Below are positions 50,533 through 64,000 of a stretch of 64,000 bases of DNA, piece after piece. The DNA comes from Octopus sinensis (Eukaryota): positions 114,080,001 to 114,144,000 of the forward strand of contig NC_043002.1 of NCBI RefSeq assembly GCF_006345805.1, written 5' to 3'. Every line of letters starts with the position of its first letter. Position 1 is the stretch's first letter. The notes beneath the pieces are model-generated. The model was not told the DNA's origin and searched no databases. It was given only the letters and a program-made list of their open reading frames with translations. The translations under genes were made by a program, and so were the position numbers.

Positions 50533-52534
50533 TTATTTGTAAAACAATATTGAATTAGTTTAAACGTACACAAATGCCATAAAAATATTTTTAATTGAAT
50601 TAGACATTTGCAAATACTATTAAATTTCATTCAACTCTAAAAAACAGGTAAAATTGGACAGAACTGACTGGATGACTTGATATATATAATCTATGATATT
50701 CTAGTAAGTTTCAAGTTTATAACACCTTGATATCTCATGTTATCTCATTTTATATGCCTAAGACGTTTATTTTCTATTCTGGTTTTTATATATTTCTAAC
50801 AATTATTTTGTATCTATAATTTATTTTAAGCCAAAACATAATACGATCCTTGTACGAACGAAAGAACAAGAATGTCCTCTGGAACGTTTATCTTCCACCG
50901 GCGTTTGTAATCGATGGTGACATGTGCGATGATTTTGCGACTATCTTATATTTTACAGAGAAATTGGAAGCCCCGAATATAAGTCAAGCGCTTTATCATA
51001 ATTCAATATTCATAGTTCTCTATTTCTAACAGAAATTCTGTCCTCAATAACTATAGATCTATTTCTAAATATATTTCTTTTTCTTTTCCTTCATGCACTC
51101 CCGTCTGTCTCTTGACAAAGCTTTCTTTCTCCAGCGTTCACCACGTCACCTCGTTAGGGTTAAACAGCCCTTAGCGAAAATTTTGACTGTCCTGATTTTG
51201 TTAACAGCTTTGACGTTCCACGTATCTCAAATTTTATATAATTTGGTTTGGGGGAGCAATTGCTTTGACGAAGACGCATCTTTTCGCAATGCGGAGCAAG
51301 TAAAATTGCCAACATCTGAGGAAGAGTTTTTTTTTATATTCTGCCTTCACGCTATAGTTCTCTATGTAATTAAGATTCTTCTTCCTCTCCTTCAAAAGCC
51401 GAGCTCAGCTCAGCTCAGCTCAGCTCAGGTCGCCATAGCGCTCACTGTTGTCTCGTAGCCGCGGACAACAGTGAGCCCAATGGCGCCCAGAGCCCAGCTC
51501 AACACACCCCTTATACCCTAAGTAAGTCATGTGTAAAATTTGAATGAAATTGGTTGTGTAGTTCTCAAGTTTTAGGGAAACACACAGACAGACAGACACA
51601 CATTCTCAGATACATAAAAGAATGAGAGTGGGTGATGTTTTGTTTGTTGGACCAATGTATTAAGGTAGTATGTTTTATTGTTTTAAAACGAAAGAGGCAA
51701 TGTGTTCGTTTCAAAAATAAAAAGACAAACGTCCGCCAATGGGAAGACAGTTCATATTCGATTAGAGCACTCTGGGTATAATGATAAAGTGAAAAATGGA
51801 ATTTTTTAGCAAATCAAACAGTGAAAAAAACCAAAAACAAAAACATAAAAAAAAAAATATAATATAGAAAATATAAATTGAAAACTTTAAATTAAATTGA
51901 AAATAAAATTATTAAATTATATTTATAATTTGTTTAAAATATATATAACTATGAAAAGTATGAGAAAGTTTAATATACATAACTACAATATATATACACT
52001 TTGTATATATACATTATATATACATATTTATATATAGAACACACACCATACATTATATATACATATTTATATATAGAACACACATCCTTATATATACATA
52101 TTCATATAAAGACCACCACACACACACATTATATATACATTTATATATAGAACACACAATACATATAAATGAACGTAAGAATATCTGATTCATAATATTT
52201 GTTCTCATGCTCGTGTGTTGTTGGTGACAGACAGATACGTAAAAGAACGTCGATGTAATGGAAGGTAAGAAACAGAGTGAGTGAAAAAGAGAGGAAATAG
52301 CGAGAGTGACAGATACTTTAAATAACGGTAGTGGAACTATCAAAGTTATACATAAAGGGGAGTGAGAGGGTACTGGAGGAAATAGCGTGAGTGAGGAAGA
52401 TGGCCCCCTAGCAACCACACCTTTTAGATAGGGATTTCTAAGGTAGCCCAGGAGCTTCGTCACTATTTCTACATGTCCCTGTAAATTTTGGAGCGAATCG
52501 GACAGGACGTAGTGGCATTGAAAGCGATCCAAGC

Positions 52535-52535
52535 G

Positions 52536-52566
<31 letters not shown>

Positions 52567-52586
52567 ATATATAATATATATATATA

Positions 52587-52632
<46 letters not shown>

Positions 52633-53006
52633 TATATCATATATATATATATATAATATATATATATATATGTATATATATTATGTATTATATATATGTA
52701 TATATAATATATATGTATATATATAATTGTATATATATATATGTATATATAATATGTAATTATTTATATATATCTATATATATATATATATATATATTAT
52801 TATGTATATTATATGTATAATATATGTATATATATTTATATATATTATGTATATATATATATATATATATATATGTTATATATATATATTATATATATAT
52901 ATAATATATATGTATATATATATGTTATATATATATATTATATATTATATCATATATATATGTATATATATATATATAATATGTATATATATATATATAT
53001 ATATAT

Positions 53007-53048
<42 letters not shown>

Positions 53049-53083
53049 GTGTATATATATATAATAGATATAATAATATATAG

Positions 53084-53119
<36 letters not shown>

Positions 53120-53185
53120 TATGTTGTAATATATATATATATATTATATATATATATAATGTATATATATATATATATATATAAT

Positions 53186-53238
<53 letters not shown>

Positions 53239-53242
53239 TATA

Positions 53243-53294
<52 letters not shown>

Positions 53295-53684
53295 GTATAT
53301 ATATTATATATATATATATATTATATATATATATATATATTATATATATATATATATAATGTAATATATATATATGTTAATATATATATATGTATATATA
53401 TGTATATTATATATATATGTATATATATATATTATATATGAAATATATATATATGTAATATATATTATATATGTAATATAGATGTAATATAGGTATATAT
53501 ATATATATATGTTATATATATTAATAATGTATATATTATTATATATTGTACGTATATTATATATATGTGATATATATATATATAATGTATATTATATATA
53601 TATATGATAATATATATATATATAATATATGTATATATATGTATATATATAGATATATATGTATATACTATATATAATATATGT

Positions 53685-53718
<34 letters not shown>
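52535..53718. repeat. ~1.2-kb (TA)n-rich microsatellite
   Basis: Direct. Confidence 0.98.
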
Positions 53719-54240
53719 CTTATTAATACAAGGCAGATTTGGGAGTTTAGAAATCTACAATATAGGATTTCTTCATTACAATACAATTTACCTAGCATTT
53801 TTAAGAGTACAATGCATCGCGTCATGCCAGGTCCAGGTTTTAAAATTTAACTCCAATTAAGCAAAATTTTCAGAAAACTCACATTCTGTGTGTGTGTCAA
53901 ATGCTTTTCTTAGTCTGGTTTACACCACACGCAAACGCACACACCACACAGTGTGCAACGAATAAAATGAAAGTAATAGCGACAGCAGTGATTTGAGGAA
54001 GACTAAACTGAAAGTATTTAACCCACTACTCAAAGAATAAAAAACAACAGCAGCAACAGAAACAATATACATAACCATTTACTCCTACTCCTCACACAAT
54101 TTTTTCAATTCCAATGAGAATTACCTAAGATTTTTCAGAGTACTTCAGTGGGTGATGCCATAAAAAATTTCTTTCAATTTTACCACCAATTAAGACAAAA
54201 TTCGAGAAAACTCAAATATTTTTAACATCATCACTCCGAA
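53718..54240 (+). mobile_element. Second TC-initiated (Helitron-like) repeat family
   Basis: Homologous copy at 55247-55800 (tcttatta..aaggcagattt..). Confidence 0.6.
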
Positions 54241-54877
54241 AGCATTGATGTACATGTGTGCGGCGTGGTGTGTTGTGTGTCATTCCTCACACACACCACG
54301 CATACACATACATATACAACTACATACACATACAACTACATACAAACGCGTGTGTGTTTGTTATTAGTAAAAAAGGCGCCAAAACTCAACTCACTTATCA
54401 TTCCAACACATTTGCAAAGACACACGGACGGACAGAAAAGGTAAATTGGTTTTTATTTTACTCTGTATATATTTTATTATATAATATTATATATAGATAT
54501 ATGTACATATAATTGCAGTATGAAACAGTGTTTATGTATAAACAGACGACACTTATATATAGTTACTAAGCCGCCCGAATTTACCTATTCATATTTAAAT
54601 GAGAATATCAGAGCAAATCTCTTTAGTACATTCGTGAAAACACGTATTATACTTCGTAAACACTTCAACTACAGTTTTGTACAAAAATCGAAGTGTAATT
54701 TTAATTCCGTGAATTATGGGAGATTTTTTTCCGAAATTTGTTCCTATTGTGTTTTTCAAAATTTGTAATTCTGACAAAAATGGATACGAATTTCATTATA
54801 TCAAGCAGCGAGTCAGAATTCGAAGGATTTTCTACTGAAGACCTTCATAAATCTAACTCTATGACTGAAAAAAAAAA

Positions 54878-55246
54878 TCTTTATATAAGAGTGAAGTTGT
54901 GTGGTGTCTGTCTCCTACGATTTAGATTCCTAACTACTCCCACATTTTGCGGTGCAGTTTAACCAAAAGCGGGTATCTTATAGTCGTGATTCATATCGAG
55001 CCCTTCTGGGTATTAGCGTGCGTCTACGATGAGTCTACGATTTAAAAAAATTTACCATCATATTTTTCCATTTTAATGCATTTTTTCGCTTTTATATAAG
55101 GGAAATAACTCTCTAAAAATATCTACGATGTGTCAACGTTTTAAAAAAAGTTTACCTTAATTTTTTTTCAATTTTTAATGCATTTTTTTGCTATTTTTCG
55201 GCTATAACTCTCTAAAAATGCTTATATCGCCGGGCGATACTGCTAG
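54878..55246 (+). mobile_element. Non-autonomous Helitron
   Basis: TC...cgccgggcgatactgCTAG. Confidence 0.88.
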
Positions 55247-55800
55247 TCTTATTATAAAAGGCAGATTTTATCTGCCTCCCTTTGTCTCTTATAGAAATCT
55301 ACAATATAGGATTTCTTCAATTACAATTTACCTAGCATTTTTAAGAGTAGAATGCATCGGGTCATGCCAGGTCCAGTTTTTAAAATTTCAACCCCAATTA
55401 AGCAAAATTTAGAGAAAACTCACATTGTGGTGTGTAAGTCAAGTGCTTTTCTTATTGTGGGCTAGAGCACACGCACACACACACACACACACACAAAAAC
55501 GGAGCGATCTGATTCACTCACGCTATCACTCTAATTTTTACTCCTTTCTCTTTGCAAGTGTGCAACGATTAAAGTGAAACTATTTCTATAAAACGAGAGA
55601 AGTGTACCTTAAACCACTACTAAAAAAAAACACAGCAAACAGAAACAAATAAATACATAACGATTTACTCCTTACACAATTTCTTCAATTTGAGTTTACC
55701 CATGATTTTTCAAAGTACTTCCATGCCATACAAAATTTCTTTCAATTTTACCCCCAATTAAGACAAAATTCGAGAAAACTCAATATTTTAACATTTCACT
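55247..55800 (+). mobile_element. Second Helitron-like family copy, abutting the previous Helitron
   Basis: Colinear with 53718-54240. Confidence 0.6.
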
Positions 55801-56312
55801 CTGCATATTACTCCCACTTCCTCTTTACACACATAGACACGCAAATATATAAATAAAATTGTAAGCTAACGTGTGTGTGTGTGTGTGTGTGCGTGTGTGT
55901 GAGTGTGTGTGTGTGTGTCTGTGTGTGTGTGTGTGTGCGTGTGTGTGAGTGTGTGACAGGGATGAGCAAGTCAAACTGGTGATCCTTTTTGCTAGATCAC
56001 CTAACATCTAAAGTTATCTCTAAGTAGCAGTCGCCCAAAAGTGTATATAGACACACACATGTATGTATAATGTGTGTGTATATATTTCCATAGAGGTAAC
56101 CATTCACTCCATACAAAGTTATTTAGGACGAATTGGACGAATATAAGATCTAAAGTATATCTAAGTAGCAGAAAGATCGCCCAAAAGTGTATATAGATAT
56201 TTAAATGTATTTATATATTCATCTATACACACATGTATGTATAATATGTGTGTATATATTTCCATAGAGGTAACCATTGACTCCGCACAAAGTTTTTTAG
56301 GACGGACGAAAA

Positions 56313-57155
56313 TCTTTATATATAAAAGAAAGGTTGTGTGTTTGTCTACTCCGATTTAGATTCCTAACTACTCCCACATTTCGCGATGCAGTTTAACCAA
56401 AACCAGGTATCTTATAGTCGTGATTCATATCGAGCCCTTCTGGGTATTAGCGCGCGTCTATGATGAGTCTACGATTTTAAAAATAATTTACCATCATTTT
56501 TTTCCATTTTAATGCATATTTTTTTAAATAAAGGGAAGTAACACTCAAACTTCACACCAATATGCGTGCTCATATGCGACGTAATATCACATCAGCAGCA
56601 TTTCCTCACACCCTCCTTGCACTTGGCGAAGGCAAAATACCAGGGTGTGAAAATGGTAATATTGCCATCGATTCCATTTGTACCATTGTTAAGACGCCTC
56701 CTGATCTCAGAGATGCAGTGTTCCCAGATCTACAAGCTAATTATCAGAATATGGATTGGATTGGCAAAAAGGCTATACTGGCCCCGAGGAATAAAACTGT
56801 TCACCATATTAATGATGAAATGCTAAAACTCATTCCTGGGGAAGTCTATGTATATCAGTCTATCGATACAACTCCTGACCCAGAGGACGTCATCAACTAT
56901 CCAATAGAGGTACTCAATTCCTTTGAGCACCCCGGACTACCACCACACTTTCTCAAACTTAAAGTTGGTGCCCCTATAATGCTCATCAGAATTTGGTTCC
57001 CCCAAACAATGCAAGGCACACGTTTGATCGTTAAGTCCTTATCTCCCACCGTAAACTTATATCAATATTTGCCTGAATAATCATCATAATTCAGTGCAAT
57101 CATTAACAGTACTTTCAAGCAATTCAGCCCCGAGCAACGCCGGGCAATTCTGCTA

Positions 57156-57156
<1 letters not shown>
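56313..57156 (+). mobile_element. Helitron deletion derivative retaining a helicase fragment
   Basis: Same termini as the short family; internal PIF1-like ORF. Confidence 0.88.
56562..57080 (+). pseudogene. Helitron PIF1-type helicase fragment
   Basis: KAILAPRNKTVHHIN, YPIEVLNS..GLPPHFLKLKVGAPIML, GTRLIV. Confidence 0.9.
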
Positions 57157-57194
<38 letters not shown>

Positions 57195-58736
57195 AATAAA
57201 ATAGAACATATGCATATATATAAACATATATGTACGTACCTACCTCTACATGTACATATACACGCATATATGTGTACAGGACACCAAAAAGACGTCGAAC
57301 ACATAGAGAGACGAAAAACTTAGACACAAACCAAGGAACAAGACAAGCAAAAAAAGAGATACAGGACAATAAGCACAACGAAAAATCCCCTTCTTCAGTC
57401 GCTAAGGTTTCATCTACTAAACGTTTCGAAGGATAAAAGCGAGACGTATACTTCGAAGAAAACTTCCTTCCTGCGAAAAGCAAATCAATTAAAATTCTGA
57501 GATCTTTTCGCAGAGGGGTAAAAAAAGCAAGACGGTAACGACAGTACAAACATATAAACAGTAAAAATATATATATAAACAGTGGAAAAATAAATATATA
57601 ACAGTGGGAGACAGGACAAGGAGAACAAGATAAGAAGGGCTGTTAACGCCAGACGAAAAAAGTATTGCAAACGCTGGATTATAGTGGACGACGAGAGAGA
57701 AAGAATGTCGACCAGTAGCCTTAGAAGGCGGGCGAGAAAAGACAGGATAGCAGTTACGACGGAAGTATCGTCGCAGATGGACGACGGGAATGGGGGAGGA
57801 GGAGCAAGAGGAAGATATATATATATATAAATATATAAATATATAAGGCTGAAGTTGTCTGGATATATGTATGTGTGTGTGTGTGTGTGTGAGTGTGTGT
57901 GTGTACTTATGTATGTGTAGAGACCTCTTTTGGCTCCACCTGAGTTTTGAAACTGAATGGGTAAATTTCCCCCTAACTATAGAGCCTTATTGTTCTGTTG
58001 AGGAACAATGTTGTTTTATTCAACCGATGGCCTTCCCAACATTTGATTGATGTATTTTCCTCTTGACCCATAACCCTTCTAGTTTGTAAAGGGTTTAAAT
58101 AAATAATATAAGCGATCTTTACCCTTTCAACGGCAGATCGAGAAATATATTTTTTGTAACTAAACACTTTCAACCTTCGGACACTAACCCTAACCCTAAT
58201 GTGTCATATAAAACATATTTTACTTTTAATGTTACTCTTGACCGCGGCCATGCTGGAGCATCGCCTTTAATCGAGCAACTCGACCCCGGGACTTATTCTT
58301 TTTGTAAGCCCAGTACTTATTCTATCCTTAACCAATTGTATTGTCTGTTTTCATTTGAAATTATTAGCTGCATAGTGTTAATGTGACGTAGATAGCTATT
58401 TTGTGAGTGGGTAAGCAGTAAGCAAACAGCTGTGGTAGATGTCGTTATCATGGCAGTGGTGGTAGTGGTGACAGTGGATGTGTATGATGGCAGCAAGTAT
58501 AGTGTTGGTGTTTTTGTAGAGGTGGTGGTGGTGGCGGCGGCAGTGGATGATGATGATAATGATGATGATAGTAGTAGTAGCATTGATTATGTTAGGATGG
58601 TAGTGTTGGTGTGTGTGTGTGTGTGTGTGTGGGTGTATGTATGGATCAAAACAGTTTGATTCAAATTCTGTGGTTCTTATATATTCATACATACATATAC
58701 ATGTAGATGTATATAACATATATATTGTATGTAAAC

Positions 58737-58794
<58 letters not shown>

Positions 58795-58868
58795 GTATGC
58801 ATCTATAATACACACACATTATAAATATATACACATATATGCATATGCATTAGAATATGTGTGTATAG

Positions 58869-58909
<41 letters not shown>

Positions 58910-59457
58910 TATGTTTGCATACATGTGTGTGTAGCTATTTAGGATCTACACAAATTTTATATATACTCCACGAAGTTTATGATAAGCGGAGATGTTTACA
59001 TTTTAGTTAGCTATTTACATGTTTACGTTAACTACGTCACAAAAGAGTTGTTTACGTCACAGTAACAATATTTTGAGAAGCAGTAAATAATATGAGGTCG
59101 AAAGAAAGAATATCATTGGTTAAAATTCGAATTTTTAAACAACGTTAAACTTAGAAATTACAATTCCGTTTTCATTTTGGTTTACAATTATGTTTTCTTT
59201 TGACACATTCTACCAGTATACGAAGTTTCAAATTGTTTAGTTAACTAAGAAAATCTGGCTTTCAAAAAGAAAAGATCCGTATATATTTACTATAAACTTG
59301 TGCACACGCTTTGATTCTTCAGTTTGACACACGCCTTGAACCGGTTATTTGGCTTGTATGCACCCACATACACACACACATACATACGCATACTCGCTCA
59401 TAATCAGGGCCCCTCTGCGTTTTCGCTCGTCGATGTGCTAGGAATAACACCCAAATC

Positions 59458-59940
59458 GGATCTTTTCTGTTTGATGGACGGAATTTTCTAGTTAAATAAA
59501 AAATTTGAAACATCGTATACTGGTAGAATGTGTCAAAAGAAAACATTATTGCGAACAAAATTGAAAACAAAATTGTAATTTGTAACTTAAACGTAGTTTA
59601 ATTTTACGAATTTTAACCAATGAAATCCCAGCATTGCTGCGTTATCGATATTGATAAAGAAATATAGCAGACGCACGACACACACACACACTCTCTATCT
59701 CTCTCTCTCTCTCTCTCTCTCAAACACATGCATATACATTTGCACAAGCACATAGTAATTAATATATAAGCGTACACACATATACAAACGGACATATACA
59801 TACACACACATACGCACACAAGCATACATACATACAATTTTGTTTTCAATTTTGTTTACAATAATGTTTTCTTTTGACACATTCTACCAGTATACGAAGT
59901 TTCAAATTTTTTAGTTAACTAGAAAATTCCGTCCATCAAA
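59458..59940. mobile_element. Deleted GGATCTTTTC-family MITE, right terminus clipped
   Basis: Inverted arms; internal sequence shared with 19693-21008. Confidence 0.8.
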
Positions 59941-60649
59941 CGCGGGATATTCATATCACTCTACCGACATTTCTATGCAGCCTGGTCAATCAAAGCACTT
60001 GAGTCTCTAGTTATAAAAAGGCAGAGGACCAGTGAGAGAGATTTTACAAAGGGAAGTAAGACCTGCTTTTGGGACTTCAGGGACGGGTTCTCTCACAATT
60101 CAGAACCCGTTAAATATTAAATAAGTCCATCCTTAGCTTTCTGAACCCCGGGTCACCGATGTACAGGCTGAAACTAATTCTTATAGGTCCTGAATGAGTA
60201 CCACAACGCAGCAGCAGCAATATGCTAAAATTGATAAATACGGAACTAAGCAGAAAGATGAAATCTGTTTATACGCTTCGAAAATGAAATGACTGAACCA
60301 CTTAAGCCTCTTGACAAAACTCTTCTCTTATCTTAAACGTTGAATATAGATGCAATAAAAACGAACAAAAGCAACTCAATTTGTTTCCTGACTTTTATCG
60401 CTTGTTGGACACATTTTCAAGGCCATCCTGCAAAAAAGGATGGATTGTTAATCATAACAAAACTCGTATTTCTCTTATTTGTGCGTTTCTTTCTCCTTCT
60501 CCTTGGTTAATATTTACTTTAACACCCGGCCACCAAAACAAAACAAAAAAAGGTGTAATAGGCGTAAAAAAATGTATATTAAACGAATATGAAAACAAAA
60601 ATTTGCGCCAACGAACCGGGGGTGGAGAGAGGACTTTTGGAAAATTCCC

Positions 60650-60960
60650 ATGATCTGATTTTTCCCTCATAACTTTTAGGAAAAAAGGATATCTTTTAAT
60701 GAAATTTTATATGGATACCTTTCACACGGCATAGATTACGATTATAAAGAAATTTGTGGGGAAAATTTTTCCGAAGGGATAGGGAGAGGAACTTCGGAAA
60801 ATTCACACGATCTGATTTTTTCCAACGTAACTTTTAAGAAAATATCTCTTGGTGAAATTTTGATTAAATACCTTTCAAATGGCGTAGATTACGATTATAA
60901 AGAAATTTATGGGGGAATTTTTTTCCGAAGGGTGGTGGGGGAAGGACTTTCGAAAAGAAA
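60650..60960 (+). repeat. ~155-bp direct repeat, about 2 copies
   Basis: gatctgattttt..tagattacgattataaagaaattt..ccgaaggg repeated. Confidence 0.7.
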
Positions 60961-61757
60961 GATATTCATAAATTATTTTTTTTCTTTGGGTGTAATGGAA
61001 ATAAGTTTGAAAAAAACTTTTCCGATTCATTTATTTTTCGTTTGAGTAATAGAAAAAGGTTTTAAAAAAGATCCCTTTTGGTGACAAAAGTGCAAAAATC
61101 AGCAAGTTGTCAGTACTTAAAGATTTTCTAATCAGTTGACTGGTTTGGGGGATAAATGTGTGTGATGTAGTCACTCTATCACAGAGATGTATATGTATCT
61201 ATGAACATTTGCGTAAGTCTTCCAGTTGAAAAATGGAGGGACCACTTCGACAAGATAAGATGTTATATTGATCAGGTAATGCTATGATATTCTAAAGGTT
61301 GGTTATCTGATGCTCGTATATAAGTTATAGAAAAATGTCAGAATTTATTATTTTGGTAGAATGTTGGAATTTCATTGTTACAACAAAACGACTACATTTT
61401 ATTGCTATTGAGATATCAGCTTTTGACTGTTAACTTTTGAAGAATGTCTATCCAGTTTAAAGATTTATTTCGTTATTCATAAACTATTACAGTTGCAAGA
61501 TCCAAAGCTAATACATACATTCTAAAAACTTTTCAAGAAAATAGTTCAAGATGTAAATTAAAGGTACTTAGTTTTACTCATTTTTTCATCCCAATGTCAG
61601 TCTGTCCAAGGGTTGACGTCCCAGCTATTACTGAGTGGAGTGCAGCAATGTAAAACGAAGTAATTTGCCCAAGAATACAATGCACCTCCTAGTCAAGGAA
61701 CCGAAACTACGATCATGAGTGCAACACTCGAACCACTGAGCCATGCGTCCTCACAAC

Positions 61758-64000
61758 CAGGGGTTGTACAAAATTATTTGATGAAAAATTAATTGATTGG
61801 AGTCGTACTGCCAATTAAATAATTGATTACTGTCATATCAATTAATTGCAACTTTGTCAGCGAAAGTTTTTTAAATGGCTCACACTTCATTCGACGTTCA
61901 ATTGGTAAATACAGCGTTCTATTATTATTTGGGGTATTGCGTTGACGCTTTGTTCTGACAGCTGAGAATGATTCACATATTCTGTCATGCTTAGGAATTG
62001 ACTATTGTGTATGCTGTCAAGTGTTGATGCTTGATTCACACTGCTGAGAATGATACACATTCTATCATGCTTGGGTACTGGCTATTGTGTATGTTGTCAA
62101 ATAATCGCTGTCGAGTGATTCTTGGTTCTGTCTGCCGAGAATGATTTACACATTCTGTCTTCAAGTCATGTAAATTGTATTGCGGTTGTATCTTGAATTC
62201 CGTTCCAACGTATTAACTGAATCAAACTTTCATCAGTGGAATGGCGAAATATCTTCTGTTTTAAACTGTGGCGAAATACATTTTATTTTAAACCAACCCA
62301 TGCCATGTGAAAATGAGCAAATCGTCAGAAAATATTTTAACCAAACAAACAGTGAACATCTAAGGAAATGCAAGTGTGGAAAAAAATTGACCCAGAAAAA
62401 AAAAGAACTGGATGGACAAATCTTATGAATCATATAAAAAACCAGCATCCAGAGTATTCTACTACACAAACAACTGGACAACCATCTTTATTGAGTTTTC
62501 TTTCACCAAGAAGTAGTTTGGTCAGTCGCTCGACCTCAAATATTTATGGTTGGACTGAGTGGGTATGTGTTGGTTTAAAACCATTTTCCTTTATTGAAGA
62601 CCCACTGACTCGTAAGTATACAAACTTGGGGGTATGAGGGATGTGACCTTAAAGAAATACTATGGAGAAACTAACTCAAGAAGTGGGAAAGAAAATATTT
62701 GATGAACTTCCAAGTAAATATAATTAAATCTCAGAATGAGATTGAAACAGTAATCGCTCGATAATGTAAAGTATAGAAGCCATCTTATCATGGCTAACCA
62801 CATTGGGGAGGGGGTGTTACTGTACGTTGGTAATCAACGGTTGGACCAAGGGTTCAACGCATTTCATTGGACTTTCTGAATCTCATTCATGCAATTATCA
62901 AAATGACTATTGTACTATGTTGGTGGAATTTTCGCCAATGGTAAGTGTAACATCATTCACTGCTTCTGATTCTGTCGAATTTATAGAGTATGTGTTAAGT
63001 GTCAATAAAAATTTTTAGAAAATGTAGCTATTACCAGAGATAATACTGGAGTGAACAAATCTATAGCGAATTTGTGTAGAATACCATTGATTGGATGTGC
63101 CTCATACATTTAAACTCGCTGTTTCTGCTTATCTCGACAAGCAGGAAGTTCTGCTTGATAAAATTAATATGGTGATGGGCAAGCTAAAATCATAAAAACT
63201 TGCGAGTAAACTTCGGGGAAAAAAACCCTTGGCAACCTATACAAAAAAATGAAACCCGTTGGTCCAGTACTTATGATTGAAAGGTACATCCAAATCAATC
63301 CGTTTTTAGACTCTTTTCAGGGCGATCCAAAGCTGGTTGATTATCTGTTGACTCCACGCAATCATAATGAACTACAGATTCTAAAAGACAATTTAGGATA
63401 GTTACGCTCAGTAACAGTCGCCTTGCAAAGAACAGAAATAGATTTGGGAGATGCTCGAATTCTTTTTGACGAAATTCTCGCATTGTATTCTTACGAGGAG
63501 TTTAAAAAATGCTTGCTTCCATCAGCAGCCATTGTGCACAGCCCAAATTTTGAAAGTGGAGTTGTGAAAAATTTTACAATATGCAGAAGCAGAGCTAACT
63601 GCAGATGAAGTGGCTGCCCTACGTCAGCTGAAAGTGGTGACAGACACATCACAAGAAGCTGGTTTATCTGTAGAAGATGATGATTTTGCTTCGTTTGTTT
63701 GAAAAAACACCAAAAAGATCAAATTTCATCTCAACAATATCCGAACTGTAGATTTTTGTTACCAACGTCCAACATTTTGGAACGTTTGTTCAGCTCAGCA
63801 GGACACGTTTTTAATGATTTTCGGCAATACTTAACACCAATGAATTTAGAAATGCAATAATTTCTGAAATAATCGCGCTTTCTGGGATGAAGACCTAGTT
63901 TCAGAAATCTGCAATCGTCCATGACCTTTTGCCATATTAGAGCATTTTAATTGTGCTACTCGTTTGAGAAACTTTTTCAATTAAAGACCTTCGATTTATT
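61758..64000 (+). mobile_element. hAT-like transposon: putative left end, ~85-bp subterminal repeats, decayed transposase
   Basis: caggggttgtacaaa end; BED-like KCKCGK..TGWTNLMNHIKNQH; DGW-like, IGCAS, NETRWSSTY, LLPTSNILERLFSSA motifs. Confidence 0.8.

Overview
AT-rich eukaryotic (animal) genomic DNA made almost entirely of repeats; I find no convincing host protein-coding exon, rRNA, true tRNA or CRISPR array. The SINE families look like those I recall from octopus/coleoid genomes (inference, not verified). Content: long (GTAT)n, (TA)n and (GA)n microsatellites; at least five tRNA-derived SINE families; decayed LINEs of four clades (RTE, R4/Dong-like REL, CRE, Tx1/L1); Penelope-like remnants; Helitrons; mariner, DD37D and hAT transposase fossils; and a GGATCTTTTC-ended foldback MITE family with 8-9 bp TSDs (Merlin-like). 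Main observations: (1) a 27.6-kb segment (31673-59278) bounded by ~265-bp, ~98% identical TIRs and a perfect 9-bp TSD, carrying more decayed cargo; (2) two apparently intact and several decayed minimal hammerhead ribozymes of Penelope type; (3) a Tx1-like LINE, an ORF1-only derivative and a tRNA-SINE sharing one 3' hairpin tail; (4) R4-like and RTE LINEs repeatedly inserted in (ACAT)n/(TATG)n with clade-specific strand polarity; (5) a pri-miRNA-like hairpin. All alignments were done by eye, so boundaries of decayed elements are approximate.
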